Notes: generated by a model from the letters alone, not told the origin. 64,000 nucleotides of DNA from Phormidesmis sp. (GCA_965248535.1 CBDFJR010000005.1:2016001-2080000); one strand, 5' to 3'. Positions 1 to 9,971 are shown, numbered from the stretch's first letter. Made by a program: numbers and translations.

Positions 1-535
1 ATAAAAACACTGAGCCGTTAAAAAACGACTCTCGCAAGATTTCTCCCCAATCAAAATCTTGTCTGTCTTGATTTACGGCAAACACTTTCACTAAGATTAA
101 ACCCGCCACGATCGCGGGTGACTCCATCAATGCTAGCGCTGCCACCATATATCCGTCAGAGGCAATGCCAAGCTGGTCGAGAAAAGAGCCAGCCGTGATA
201 AACGTGACGGCACTAATGGAACCATAGGTGGCCGCGATCGCCGCCGCATTATAAGGATCTAACTTGATTCTCAAGATAAAAAAAGTGTAGACCGGAACCA
301 GACACGACATTAAAACGGCCGCCCCAATGGACAACACAACGCTCTGAGTCATGCCGCTCTTAAACAATTCTGAACCGCCCCTAAACCCGATCGCGATTAA
401 TAAATACAACGAAAATAACTTGGGAATCGGAGACGGAATTTCAAGATCAGACTTGACCAAAACAGCCGACATTCCTAAAAAGAAAAATAAGACAGGCGGA
501 TTCAAAAGGTTGGACACGACTAGGCTGACATCCAT
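1..535 (-). CDS. SbtA-family sodium-dependent bicarbonate transport permease (runs off window start)
   Basis: Manual translation from ATG at 535: MDVSLVVSNLLNPPVLFFFLGMSAVLVKSDLEIPSPIPKLFSLYLLIAIGFRGG, the typical SbtA-family N-terminus; not in the ORF track because it is truncated. Confidence 0.85.
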   Translation of the reverse strand, partial: MDVSLVVSNLLNPPVLFFFLGMSAVLVKSDLEIPSPIPKLFSLYLLIAIGFRGGSELFKSGMTQSVVLSIGAAVLMSCLVPVYTFFILRIKLDPYNAAAIAATYGSISAVTFITAGSFLDQLGIASDGYMVAALALMESPAIVAGLILVKVFAVNQDRQDFDWGEILRESFFNGSVFL

Positions 536-673
536 TCACGGCTCCCGATCGGTTGATCAAGTCACAAATATTCAGATTACAACACTGAGCCGCTGATCGT
601 GGGATTCTAAACAACTCTGCCCCCAAAAAACTCACGGTTAGCCCAGCGATCGTGCGCCTTCTTTCTGACTGAC

Positions 674-682
674 TGCTATAAT
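674..682 (+). promoter_or_regulatory. Extended -10 promoter (TGnTATAAT) of the tRNA
   Basis: TGCTATAAT ends 12 nt upstream of the tRNA 5' end. Confidence 0.7.
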
Positions 683-694
683 GCGCTTAACTTT

Positions 695-768
695 GGGGCT
701 GTAGCTCAGATGGATAGAGCGACCGCCTCCTAAGCGGTAGGTCGAGGGTTCGAGTCCCGCCAGTCTCG
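695..768 (+). tRNA. tRNA-Arg(CCT)
   Basis: GGGGCTG/CAGTCTC acceptor stem, D-arm AGCTCAGATGGATAGAGC, anticodon arm ACCGC-CTCCTAA-GCGGT, T-loop GGTTCGAGTCC. Confidence 0.97.
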
Positions 769-884
769 TATAGGTTGCTAAAGTCCCTGAAGACCTTTTG
801 GCTTTCAGCAGCTTTTTTGTGAGTCATTGCAGGCCGTCTTTAAGGTAGGCTGAAGACATCGTAAAATCAAGCATTCAAGACATT

Positions 885-1691
885 GTGAATAATAAAAGTC
901 TCGACTGGCGGACTACCCTGGCGTTAGCTCTAGTGAGCGTCATCGCTCTGATCGGGCTGAATGCGATCGTGATCATCAACCCCGGACAGGCGGCCGTTCT
1001 CAGTGTGTTGGGCAAAGCTCAAGACGGCGTGTTGCTAGAAGGCGTTCACCTCAAGCCGCCCCTCATCTCAACGATTGATCTCTATGATTTGACCGTGCAG
1101 AAGTTTGAAGTTCCGGCCCAAAGCTCAACCAAAGACTTGCAGCAGCTAACCGCGAGTTTTGCGATCAACTTTCGCCTAGATGCCACTCAAGTTGTGGTGA
1201 TTCGTCGCACCCAAGGATCGTTGCAGAATATCGTCTCAAAGATTATTGCCCCACAAACCCAAGAGTCGTTTAAGATCGCCGCCGCCCGCCGCACGGTTGA
1301 AGAAGCGATCACCAAACGAGACGAACTCAAACATGATTTTGACATCGCCTTAAGCGATCGCTTGGCCAAATACGGCATTATCATTCTTGATACCAGCGTC
1401 GTCGATCTGACCTTCTCGACCGAGTTTTCAAAAGCGGTTGAAGAAAAACAAATTGCCGAGCAGCGAGCGCAACGAGCCGTCTATATTGCCCAAGAAGCCG
1501 AACAAGAAGCGGAGGCCAACGTCAATCGAGCCAAAGGGCAAGCCGAAGCGCAACGACTGCTGCGAGAAACCCTCACCGCAGAATTATTGCAAAAGCAGGC
1601 GATCGACAAATGGGACGGCAAATTTCCGCAGGTCATGGGCGGCAATGGCGCACTCCCCTTCATCAACCTAGATTTGCCGACGCAGAAATAA
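885..1691 (+). CDS. Prohibitin/SPFH (band 7) family membrane protein
   Basis: N-terminal TM helix, TKDLQ motif, AVEEKQIAEQRAQRA coiled coil, KWDG end. Confidence 0.92.
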   Translation: MNNKSLDWRTTLALALVSVIALIGLNAIVIINPGQAAVLSVLGKAQDGVLLEGVHLKPPLISTIDLYDLTVQKFEVPAQSSTKDLQQLTASFAINFRLDATQVVVIRRTQGSLQNIVSKIIAPQTQESFKIAAARRTVEEAITKRDELKHDFDIALSDRLAKYGIIILDTSVVDLTFSTEFSKAVEEKQIAEQRAQRAVYIAQEAEQEAEANVNRAKGQAEAQRLLRETLTAELLQKQAIDKWDGKFPQVMGGNGALPFINLDLPTQK

Positions 1692-1755
1692 AGCCCCTAA
1701 ACCCCTCAGTTTGGAGAACTTCGGGATTCCGGTTTCTCCAAACAGGCAGAGGCGA

Positions 1756-2226
1756 TTAAAGGATGCTGGCAGACGGCAGATCGCCCAAGCGGACAGCGCC
1801 GATCAGCGTGTCAGAGTCCGCTAACGTAGGAATAACCGTGTCTCCTGCCAGCAGATAGTAGAAGGCGCGCACCTGCGGCCCAAAAATTATTTCATCCCCG
1901 TTTTGCAAATCACAGGTTTTTAATTTTTGGCTATTAATGATCAGCCCATTGGCGCTAGGGCTGCCTCTGAGGGTGCCATCGACCAAGCGATAGTAGTGAG
2001 TGCCATCGTCATTGGGCAACTGGAGCAGCGTCGCATGACGGCGAGACACAAACTGAGAGGCTAGCCGAATATCGCACTTGGGATCGCGACCGATCGAGTA
2101 AGTGACTTCTTGGAGTCTTAACTCTCGCCGTCCGTGATCGTCTTCGATAACTAGGACATGATTTTGAAAGGATTCTAAAGACATTGAGGCAGCAACCAAG
2201 GTGTAACAAATCTGAGTATTCCCCAT
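1756..2226 (-). CDS. FHA domain protein
   Basis: IGR, SRRHA and SANG FHA motifs; the true start may be the downstream MSLES. Confidence 0.9.
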   Translation of the reverse strand: MGNTQICYTLVAASMSLESFQNHVLVIEDDHGRRELRLQEVTYSIGRDPKCDIRLASQFVSRRHATLLQLPNDDGTHYYRLVDGTLRGSPSANGLIINSQKLKTCDLQNGDEIIFGPQVRAFYYLLAGDTVIPTLADSDTLIGAVRLGDLPSASIL

Positions 2227-2304
2227 TATTTTCCAAAAGAATTTCTCGATCGGGTGTAACTCAAATCACCTTGATAAATTCAGTACCTAATCTTCATTAA
2301 ATTC

Positions 2305-3231
2305 CTAAAGAGAAGTCGATTCAGATTCTACTGAGATCGAGGGCTGTCTCACCGATGGCAAGGTCATCTGATCAACGACAGGCGTGCAGCCTAGCCACTG
2401 ACGCGAAATGGCAATAAAGGGTTCAGGATTGCCACTCACCCAAAACTCAGTGGGTTTGGGCGATCGGGCCTGCTTTAAACCCAGCAGATCCAGTTCTTGA
2501 GCGGCCGCCTTGACGACGTGCACCGCCGGATCGATTAACTGCACCGATCGGGGCAACAATGACTTCAACACGGGGGCCAGATGGGGATAGTGGGTGCAGC
2601 CGTAGATCAGCGTGTCGATTTCTTGCTCGATCAAGGGGGCTAAATAGTCTCGCGCCACCTGATAAGTATGGGGTTCATCAATGCGGTTTGCCTCAACGAT
2701 CGGCACAAATTCAGGGCAGCCAATCTGCCAAACTTCTGCGGTGGGATCAACTTCTAAAATTGCGTCTCGATAGGCGTTGCTGGCGGCGGTGGCTGGGGTC
2801 GAAATCACGCCGATCCGCTTACCCACCTGCACGGCGGCTCGTGCCCCTGGCAAAATCACCCCTAAAATCGGCAGGTCAGGAAACTCCGATCGCACCGTCT
2901 CGATCGCCAACGCCGAACTCGTGTTGCACGCCATAATCACCATCTTGACTCCGCGCTGCACCATCCAAGTCAAAATCTCTCGCACATAGTGCAGGATCTC
3001 GCTGCGAGACTTTGTTCCATAGGGCAATCGCGCCGTGTCTCCAAAATAGAGAATCGACTCATTGGGCAATTGGCGATAAAGCTCCCGTAAAACGGTTAAG
3101 CCCCCAACGCCGCTATCAAAAACGCCGATCGGGGCTTGGCTAGACGGTTGCTGACTGAGTAAAAACTCGGTTTGCCGACTAAAATCGGATGCTTGACTTT
3201 TCATAGATAAAGGCTGACTCCACACACACAC
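2305..3231 (-). CDS. murI: Glutamate racemase
   Basis: FDSGVGGLTV, ACNTSS and GCTHYP motifs. Confidence 0.97.
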   Translation of the reverse strand: MCVWSQPLSMKSQASDFSRQTEFLLSQQPSSQAPIGVFDSGVGGLTVLRELYRQLPNESILYFGDTARLPYGTKSRSEILHYVREILTWMVQRGVKMVIMACNTSSALAIETVRSEFPDLPILGVILPGARAAVQVGKRIGVISTPATAASNAYRDAILEVDPTAEVWQIGCPEFVPIVEANRIDEPHTYQVARDYLAPLIEQEIDTLIYGCTHYPHLAPVLKSLLPRSVQLIDPAVHVVKAAAQELDLLGLKQARSPKPTEFWVSGNPEPFIAISRQWLGCTPVVDQMTLPSVRQPSISVESESTSL

Positions 3232-3326
3232 TGACCGCCGACTTTGACCCTAACTCAGGGAAACGTCTAGATGGTTCTTAGTCTAGAGGTTAACGCCGAT
3301 TGGCTCAATCCCCTTCTTTTAGGCTG

Positions 3327-5228
3327 CTATCGCATGTACTGCAAAATTCCCCGTGCGATCGAGTCTGCCATCTGTTTGCGATAAGCAGCCGTCGAGAGTT
3401 TTGCCGCATCGTCTCTGCCCGTCACAAACCCGACTTCGACCAAGACCGATGGCATTGAGGTTTTTCTCAGCACATAAAATCGCGCCGTCCGCACGCCCCG
3501 ATCTTGAATTCCGGTTCCTTGCAAAACGCTATCGTGAATCGATCGCGCCAACCCTGCCCCACTTTGGTAATAGTAGGTTTCTAAACCACTAATATCTGGA
3601 CGACTGAGGTTGATCGAGTTGGCGTGAATGCTGACAAACAGCGTGGCGTTGATGCGCTCTGCCAGGCTAACGCGAGGTTCTAAATCGACATCGACATCGT
3701 TAGTGGTGCGAGTCAGCACCGTCTGCACGCCCTGCTGTTCTAGAGAGGCAGCTACTTGGCGACCAATATCCATCACGATTTCTTTTTCTTGTAGCCCGTC
3801 GATGCCAACGGCTCCGGGGTCAGGCCCGCCGTGCCCTGGATCGATCACGACCACTACTTTGCCATTGGGGACGCGAGGCAGATAGACGGGCGGCGCGTTG
3901 GTAGACGGCAGGGGGATGTTAGATCCAGGAATGCCGCCTGGCGACACGGGGAACAAGGACGATCGCCGCAGTTGCAGGGCGAGAAGCTGCTGACTGGGTT
4001 GATTGATCTGCCCGATTTGCGTGCCCGATGCTGGCGAGAGAAAAATTGCTACTGTGCTCGGATCGTCTTGCCGCAAGCGGACTTGTAGAAGAGGACTGCT
4101 GGCGGTGAGTCGTGGCCCTTGCACCGATCGGTCTAACCGTGCTGAAGGAATCGTGATGCGATAAGCGCCGGAGGCTCGATCCCACCCTGAGGTGTAGCGA
4201 ATCGGACGATCGGAGCGAATCAATAGCTGCCGACTGCCCTCTTCTAACTCAACGGACTGAATGGTTGCCAGCCCGCTGCTGGGAGGTTGACTGCTCTCTG
4301 GGTTGGTTGCCATCCCGGTTTGAGGCAGCAAGACGATTCCCGTTGAGCCGCTGGCGCTGGCCTGCCAGTCACCACTGCTAGGAGATGACATCAACAGCGT
4401 TAGGCGCACCACGGGCGGAGACGAGGGCAGTTGGGTCACCTGCACTCGATTGACTCCGTTGCGGTTGACGAGAAAATCACGAGACGCGAGGCTGGGCGCG
4501 ATCGTAGCTCCATAGAGATCGACGAGGATCTGACGGCGATCGCCCGATCGCTGCACGCGTGTTTGGGGCTGACCGCCACTGGTGCGAATAAAAAACCCAT
4601 CGGGGGTCGGTTGAATGCTCTGAATCTGCGTAGCGCCGATCGCGAGGCTGGGATTGTTTGACCCGATCGTGGGCACCGTCACCGAGGAAGGATCGCCCGT
4701 CGCAGAGGGCGCTGAGGTCATTTGAGGAGTCGGAAGCTGCACCGTCCAGCTTTGGGGAGACGCGCCGCGAAACCGCACCTGATTGGGGTCGATCGTATAG
4801 CCGGGTGCTAGCTCTACCACGATGCGGGCCGTGTCGCGATCGAACTGCCCCACCCGCAGCGATTGAATCGAGCTTCCGTTGCCCGGTTGCGTCACCGCAG
4901 GGCGACCGAGGCGAATTCCGGGGAGGTCGATCACTAACCGGGTTGGGTTAGCAATTAGCTGCGCTCTGGGCTGCACGCCTTCATCGGTGGTGAACTCTAG
5001 ACGGTTTTGGTTAGCATCAAACCGCCAAAACTGTAGTTTGGCTGCTTGAGCAGGCAATGTAACTAGAAAAAAGGCAAAAGGTAGCAGAAAAAAGAAAAAA
5101 TTAGCCGCTCCTTTCACGACTGTTTGATTGATTTTTTCTGGCTTTTTTTGAACTAGTTGAGATAATAATCCGCTGCGTTTCAAAGCAATTTCTCCTGATA
5201 AGCCTCGTATCTTTGAAGGGGTTGACAA
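3327..5228 (-). CDS. amiC: N-acetylmuramoyl-L-alanine amidase with AMIN domains
   Basis: AMIN (PTRLVIDLP) plus Amidase_3 (IDPGHGG, SIHAN, LVEVGF); adjacent to murI; start codon uncertain. Confidence 0.93.
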   Translation of the reverse strand: MSTPSKIRGLSGEIALKRSGLLSQLVQKKPEKINQTVVKGAANFFFFLLPFAFFLVTLPAQAAKLQFWRFDANQNRLEFTTDEGVQPRAQLIANPTRLVIDLPGIRLGRPAVTQPGNGSSIQSLRVGQFDRDTARIVVELAPGYTIDPNQVRFRGASPQSWTVQLPTPQMTSAPSATGDPSSVTVPTIGSNNPSLAIGATQIQSIQPTPDGFFIRTSGGQPQTRVQRSGDRRQILVDLYGATIAPSLASRDFLVNRNGVNRVQVTQLPSSPPVVRLTLLMSSPSSGDWQASASGSTGIVLLPQTGMATNPESSQPPSSGLATIQSVELEEGSRQLLIRSDRPIRYTSGWDRASGAYRITIPSARLDRSVQGPRLTASSPLLQVRLRQDDPSTVAIFLSPASGTQIGQINQPSQQLLALQLRRSSLFPVSPGGIPGSNIPLPSTNAPPVYLPRVPNGKVVVVIDPGHGGPDPGAVGIDGLQEKEIVMDIGRQVAASLEQQGVQTVLTRTTNDVDVDLEPRVSLAERINATLFVSIHANSINLSRPDISGLETYYYQSGAGLARSIHDSVLQGTGIQDRGVRTARFYVLRKTSMPSVLVEVGFVTGRDDAAKLSTAAYRKQMADSIARGILQYMR

Positions 5229-5853
5229 ATCGAAAGTTATCTAAGATTTAAGGCGCAAATTCCTGCGATTGGTCATGTTTTTAAGCAGATACAAGGCTGA
5301 GTTAGATGGCATTTTGACTCTGCCTAAAACGATAAGATTGCCAGTCTTGCAACCTGAATACTGGGGAGCACTCTCCTCAGTGAAAAGAATTCATCAAGAG
5401 CCAAGACCGTGGTTGTTGTTTAGTATTCTCAAGTCGATCGCGCCTTTCTGGATAATCTATAAAAATCACAGAAGTTTGATGCCCCTCGAATTTTGGAGAC
5501 GCAGAGATCGACAGTCAAGTTTCGGAAAGTATCTATAAGATTTTGACTCGAAGCGTTTGATGGCATAGGAGAAGTGAGGCAGGAAGCAGCGTGGTTTGGG
5601 TGAGTGCGTTTTTGCCAAATTTATCTAATCAACAAGAATTAGATTTGGGCTACAGCATTCTAATACACTTGCTTTCTGCTCAAAATATTTTTTTGATGAT
5701 TTTGAACGAGTTGGGGGCAGCGATCGGGCAAACCAGATCAGTGTCTTGCGTCAATGTCAGTCATAAATAATGCGGTGCTCACCGTGTTTTGTATGGATAC
5801 TATGGAGGAAGGACGGGTGAGGCAGCGTCAACCACCCCACCCACAAGGGGATG

Positions 5854-6258
5854 CTGCGATTCGTTCAGTCTAAATGAGTAGGAATACTCAAGGACGACTG
5901 GCAAGGACAAAGAAGGGAGCAATCCCGACCGAACCTTGGCAACTTGATAGCCATGTAGGTGAGGGTGACATTCCCAAGTCCTACCCCGTAGGTGCAGCGG
6001 TGAAAGCACGACCCCTATCGAGGAGACTAGCCATCAAACCGATAAAGCGGGGCGAAAGACGGTAACTAACAGCCTCAGTGGGTAATCCCTTTAGCAAGAA
6101 CCCATGAGTAGCGAAAGCAAAGATGCACTTGAACCACCGGGATGTGGAACCAGCGAAATCAGGCTCTATGCGCTGGAGCCAAAAGGCAAAGGGTAAATCG
6201 GGATAGCAGTTCACCCGCTGACCATCATGCACTCCAAGAACCCCGGTGGACAGTATCA
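5854..6258 (+). ncRNA. Probable group II intron 5' fragment (domain I, IIB-like), 3'-truncated, no RT ORF
   Basis: Starts (C)TGCGATTCGTT like cyanobacterial IIB introns; GGTGAAAGC and GCGAAAGACGGTAACT motifs; perfect long-range stem CCACCGGG/CCCGGTGG; no domain V visible. Confidence 0.65.
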
Positions 6259-6259
6259 C

Positions 6260-6845
6260 TATACTGATTTCCTCGACTATCGACCGCCGGGGAGACAATG
6301 CCCAAATCGACTCCTACAAACTCGTCGGTCGCAGCAAATTCAGGAGTTTCAATCTCCAGAACAACGTGCAGCCACCAACGCCCTTTGCGGTCTTGCAGCA
6401 AGTCTGCACTGGTGTTTTTCCAGGTCAGATATTGGCGATAGTATTCAGCAATCTCAAAGGTCAGTTTGACCCGTCTCTTGAGGCTGAGAATCGTCACTTC
6501 GCTGCGGTCAAACCAGATCGTGTAAGACCGAGCATCGTAGCGAATGGGGCAACACTTAGAGGTTGGACAATTGACCGTCTTGCCCTTCTTTTTCAGGGTC
6601 TTGGCAGATTTCAAAGCCTCGGTTGCTTTGACTCGTGCAGCACAGACCAGTTGAGAAGGAAGTCCAGTCTGAGCGCGATGGTCGTAGTAGGTTGCTTTGT
6701 GCAACTCTACGCCATTTGCCAAGTCGTTTTCCCATCCATGCTGAGACACGGCATTGAACGACTAGGTGTATTGCTCAATCGTTTGAGACAGCACCTGAGC
6801 CGTTGCGATGTCGGGTTTGAGTTGGATGCGAATCGTTCTCTGCGT
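6260..6845 (-). pseudogene. tnpB: TnpB (RNA-guided nuclease) pseudogene, N-terminal half
   Basis: (ACG)QRTIRIQLKPD start, in-frame TAG at 6762-6764, CPIRYDARSY, RuvC-I VGVDLGI; RuvC-II/III and zinc finger are absent. Confidence 0.88.
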
Positions 6846-7015
6846 ACAGATATACTACCATCATATGGGGCTGGTGTTATCTGTCATTTGCAGAGATTAC
6901 GTGCGAATCTGCGGGGCGTTGAACCCCTTGACCCGCGCACCTATCCCTCCCAACCCACAAGGGGAGTGGGTTTCCCGGTGACGCAATGAACCAAAATGAA
7001 GGTTTTGGGAATTGT

Positions 7016-7063
7016 TGTGTTAAATATCACACTATAACGTTACAACATACTATAACGTTACAA
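7016..7063. promoter_or_regulatory. CRP-like site plus tandem direct repeat
   Basis: TGTGT-N6-TCACA (7016-7031), then ACTATAACGTTACAA twice (7031-7045, 7049-7063). Confidence 0.45.
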
Positions 7064-7175
7064 AAGTCTCACCGTCTCAAAGCCTAAAGGATGTTTCCGA
7101 GGGCAATCGCCGTGAGAAATTTCATCAAACTCCCGTTAGATCCCGTTAAGCCCGATCGTCTGAGAAGCCAGGAAT

Positions 7176-7270
7176 AATAAAAACCTCCAGAGTTTTGGCT
7201 CTAGAGGTCGGACAGTTAAATGCTGAGTTATGGATACACAGGCATTTCTTCCAATTTCGGAAACTATGAA
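7176..7270 (-). ncRNA. Candidate sRNA resembling the 3' part of PsrR1-type RNAs, with intrinsic terminator
   Basis: Minus strand ATAGTTTCCGA...TGTGTATCCATAACTCA...ACCTCTAGAG/CTCTGGAGGT hairpin then TTTT; the family resemblance is from recall only. Confidence 0.4.
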
Positions 7271-7275
7271 GACCC

Positions 7276-7486
7276 GATTTTTAAACTCGCATCCTCGCTG
7301 ATCTCAAACAAGGGCAAAATGTTTTAGTTGCCGCTCACGGAAATTCTCTGCGATCGTTGATCATGGCTCTTGACCGTCTCACCCTACCCACGATCGCCCA
7401 TTTAGACCTCGCAACTAGAGTCCCGATCGTCCATGCCATAGACACACACGGCAACGCAACCAACAAACTTGTTTTGACTGAAGACT
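7276..7486 (+). pseudogene. C-terminal remnant of a cofactor-dependent phosphoglycerate mutase (GpmA-like)
   Basis: RILADLKQGQNVLVAAHGNSLRSLIMALD...LATRVPIV, preceded by an in-frame TAA at 7282; no N-terminal RHG motif. Confidence 0.8.
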
Positions 7487-7861
7487 ATGCAAATCAACCA
7501 TCCTGACGTTTTGACAGAAGTCACCGCTGCCTTTGAGCGCTATGAAGCGGCTTTAGGAGACAACGATGTCACGACGCTGCATGAATTATTTCTCAACAGT
7601 GCTCACACAATTCGCTATGGTGTGGCTGAAAATCTCTATGGATATGATGCGATCGCGGCCTTTCGCGATGCCCGCTCTCCGATCAATCTCGATCGGATTT
7701 TGCGAAACACCGTGATCACCACCTATGGACAAGAGTTTGCCACCGCTAATACCGAGTTTCAGCGCCGAGGATCTGGGCTAATCGGGCGGCAGAGTCAAAC
7801 TTGGGTAAAGGCACCTGAAGGGTGGCGCGTCGCCTGTGCCCACGTCTCGCTATTGGCCTAA
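7487..7861 (+). CDS. AtzH/HpxZ-like (DUF3225) protein
   Basis: RYG..ENLYG..AIAAFR, GRQSQTW and WRVACAHVS motifs. Confidence 0.9.
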   Translation: MQINHPDVLTEVTAAFERYEAALGDNDVTTLHELFLNSAHTIRYGVAENLYGYDAIAAFRDARSPINLDRILRNTVITTYGQEFATANTEFQRRGSGLIGRQSQTWVKAPEGWRVACAHVSLLA

Positions 7862-7963
7862 AGCCTCAATGACAACAGATCTACGCAATTCTGACTCTGG
7901 TCACTATAGGAGGCTGACTAGTCAGCTAAATCCTGTCGATTAATGGCATGGGTCACAGACAAA

Positions 7964-7985
7964 GGGCACGGCAATGCCATGCCCT
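7964..7985. repeat. REP-like palindrome, copy 1
   Basis: GGGCACGGCAATGCCATGCCCT, identical to 23857-23878. Confidence 0.75.
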
Positions 7986-8040
7986 CACGCCAATCTGAAC
8001 AGTCCCCCGCCTTCATCCAGAGTCTGCCGAATTCACGCTC

Positions 8041-9342
8041 TTAAGCGCTGACCACAGCTTGCTGCTTCGCCGCCTTTTTGACGGGCTTTTCTTGAAGCAC
8101 TTGGTGATAGAGCTTGCTGAGTTGAGCCGCGACCCCATTCCAGCTAAAGTGCGCTTCGACTCGCTGCCGACCCGCTTGACCGAGTTGATCGCGCCACGTC
8201 GAGTCAGACAAGATGCGATCGATGGCTCTCGCAAACGCCGCCTCGTCTTTTGCCGGAGCCAATAACCCCGTCTCTTCGGGCACCACCGTAAACTGCAACC
8301 CGCCTACATCACTGGCCACAACAGGAGTGCCGCTTGCCATCGCCTCGATCGCGACTAACCCAAACGGCTCATAGTGGCTAGGCACCACCGCGACATCTGC
8401 CGCCGCATAGTAGAGGTGCAGGTTATCTTCGCCCAACCGACCCGGAAACAGGGTAGTCGCTTGCAGCCCCAGTTCGGCAACAATGCTTTCAATTCGCGAT
8501 CGCTCCAGCCCATCGCTCTGACCCGGACGGCTGCCGCCCCCAATCACTAATTTAAGAGTTCCGTTGCCCCGCAGCGTTGATTGACCCATGGCGCGCACCA
8601 GAGTTTCAATGCCTTTGCGACGATCAAACCGCCCCACATAAAGCACTACCTTGTCTTGCGGAGAGAATCCCAATAGCTGACGGGCCCTGGTTTGAGAAAT
8701 CGAGCCAAATCGACAGATATCTGTGCCGCAGGGGATCACGTCAATATTGCCATGAGTCGAAACCAGCGATCGCATGTGGGCCATCTCTTGAGGGCTGGTG
8801 GCCACGACGCGATCGACGGTTTCAAGACAGGTTTTCTCACTGGCAAGCCGCGTTTTGGCGACTAAAGGAATCGTTGAAATGGACTGGTATTTCACCGCGC
8901 CCAGAGAGTGATAGGTGTGAATCTGCTTAGTTGACTGTAGTTTTTTCAACTCCATGCCAACCCAGCCTGACATCCAATAATGGGTGTGCACTAAATCGTA
9001 TTGGATGCGATTCTCGTCTTGAAAGCGCTGGAACGATCGCACAAACTCCGGCATATAAGGAAACAATTCATCTCTAGGAATGAATGCCTCTGGCCCCGCC
9101 GTCAAGCGAATAGTGCGGCAGTGGCGGCTGTGGTCAACGATTTTAGGCTGTGCAGCATCCGATTGCCGGGTAAACATATCGACCTGCCATCCCTGACGAG
9201 CCAAGGCTTCACCGACTTGGCGCACATAGACATTTTGCCCGCCAGCCTCTTCTTTACCGATTTCAATGGCAGGGTCACCGTGTTCAGAAATGAGTGCAAT
9301 TCTTTGCCTTTGACCTAGAAATAGCATAGTTTGATTTACCAA
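8041..9342 (-). CDS. GT4 glycosyltransferase, cyanobacterial sucrose-phosphate synthase type
   Basis: ALISEHGDP..EEAGGQNVYV, HTHYWMSG and EPFGLVAIEAMASG motifs. Confidence 0.85.
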   Translation of the reverse strand: MVNQTMLFLGQRQRIALISEHGDPAIEIGKEEAGGQNVYVRQVGEALARQGWQVDMFTRQSDAAQPKIVDHSRHCRTIRLTAGPEAFIPRDELFPYMPEFVRSFQRFQDENRIQYDLVHTHYWMSGWVGMELKKLQSTKQIHTYHSLGAVKYQSISTIPLVAKTRLASEKTCLETVDRVVATSPQEMAHMRSLVSTHGNIDVIPCGTDICRFGSISQTRARQLLGFSPQDKVVLYVGRFDRRKGIETLVRAMGQSTLRGNGTLKLVIGGGSRPGQSDGLERSRIESIVAELGLQATTLFPGRLGEDNLHLYYAAADVAVVPSHYEPFGLVAIEAMASGTPVVASDVGGLQFTVVPEETGLLAPAKDEAAFARAIDRILSDSTWRDQLGQAGRQRVEAHFSWNGVAAQLSKLYHQVLQEKPVKKAAKQQAVVSA

Positions 9343-9943
9343 AATTCAGTGAGTAGAATGGCATTAAAAGCTCGGATCAATCATGTTTGACTGACTTAAT
9401 ATAAGTCTCAAGTTACAGCCGAACTGCGATCGAGCAAATCAGTCATGAGAAAGAAATCTTGAGCGCTTTCAAATGACTCTAAAGATGACAAAGGCTCAAA
9501 GCACCCCACATCCGCCGTAATTTTTGATCACGTTTTGCGGCAAAAAGCCTTTGCCACCAGTCAAACAGATGGCTAACAAACAACCTTATCTATCCTCCCT
9601 TATTGGCTAAACTCCCATTAGATTCATCGACCACAAGCCACACAGAAGCTTGGTTTCAGCCCAAGCCTTGACGTTTCAGGAAACTCAGTAACCAGATGCG
9701 CTCGTTCGCTAAACTAATAAGATTGCTAATTGTGAAGGTCGTTTGGTTAAACAATATCCTACTTGAGCTTATTTTGCAAAATCACTTCGATTAATCAATT
9801 GGTTAAGCTCAGTTAAACCTATTTCAGCGATAAGTTATTTCCCAAAGTTTGGCAAAAAAAGATGTTTGCTAGGTGACAAAAAGCAGCGATCGCCCAAATC
9901 ATCTCCAACTTTTTACAGATTTACTAAATTCAAAAATTGCCGC

Positions 9944-9971
9944 AAAAAATGGGGCAGAGAGATCTGCCCCA
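9944..9971 (-). terminator. Intrinsic terminator downstream of sds
   Basis: TGGGGCAGA/TCTGCCCCA stem with an A-tract on its left (U-tract on the minus strand). Confidence 0.8.

Larger units (their letters stand above)
5827..6985 (-). mobile_element. Degenerate IS200/IS605-family (TnpB-only) element
   Basis: Both ends carry the subterminal sequence CCCACAAGGGGA. On the minus strand the left end reads TGCGTCACCGGGAAACCCACTCCCC (preceded by TTCAT) and the right end reads ...GGGGTGGTTGAC; a tnpB fragment lies between. Confidence 0.8.

Noticed and set aside
351..635. ORF-track ORFs 351-596 and 447-635
   Set aside because: They overlap the SbtA-family gene on the opposite strand or in another frame.
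695..800. tRNA-Arg as an integration site for an island
   Set aside because: No integrase and no duplicated tRNA 3' end were seen in the window.
5269..5538. 89-aa ORF upstream of amiC, and similar intergenic ORFs at 11145, 25567, 41052 and 59653
   Set aside because: No motifs and atypical composition; probably chance ORFs in promoter regions.
5827..6258. IscB omega-RNA/HEARO locus, suggested by the GTCAACCACCCC start
   Set aside because: No IscB ORF follows; the motif fits the right end of the minus-strand tnpB element, and the RNA after it looks like a group II intron.
6246..6989. 247-aa plus-strand ORF
   Set aside because: It is the antisense shadow of tnpB, with no recognisable motifs.
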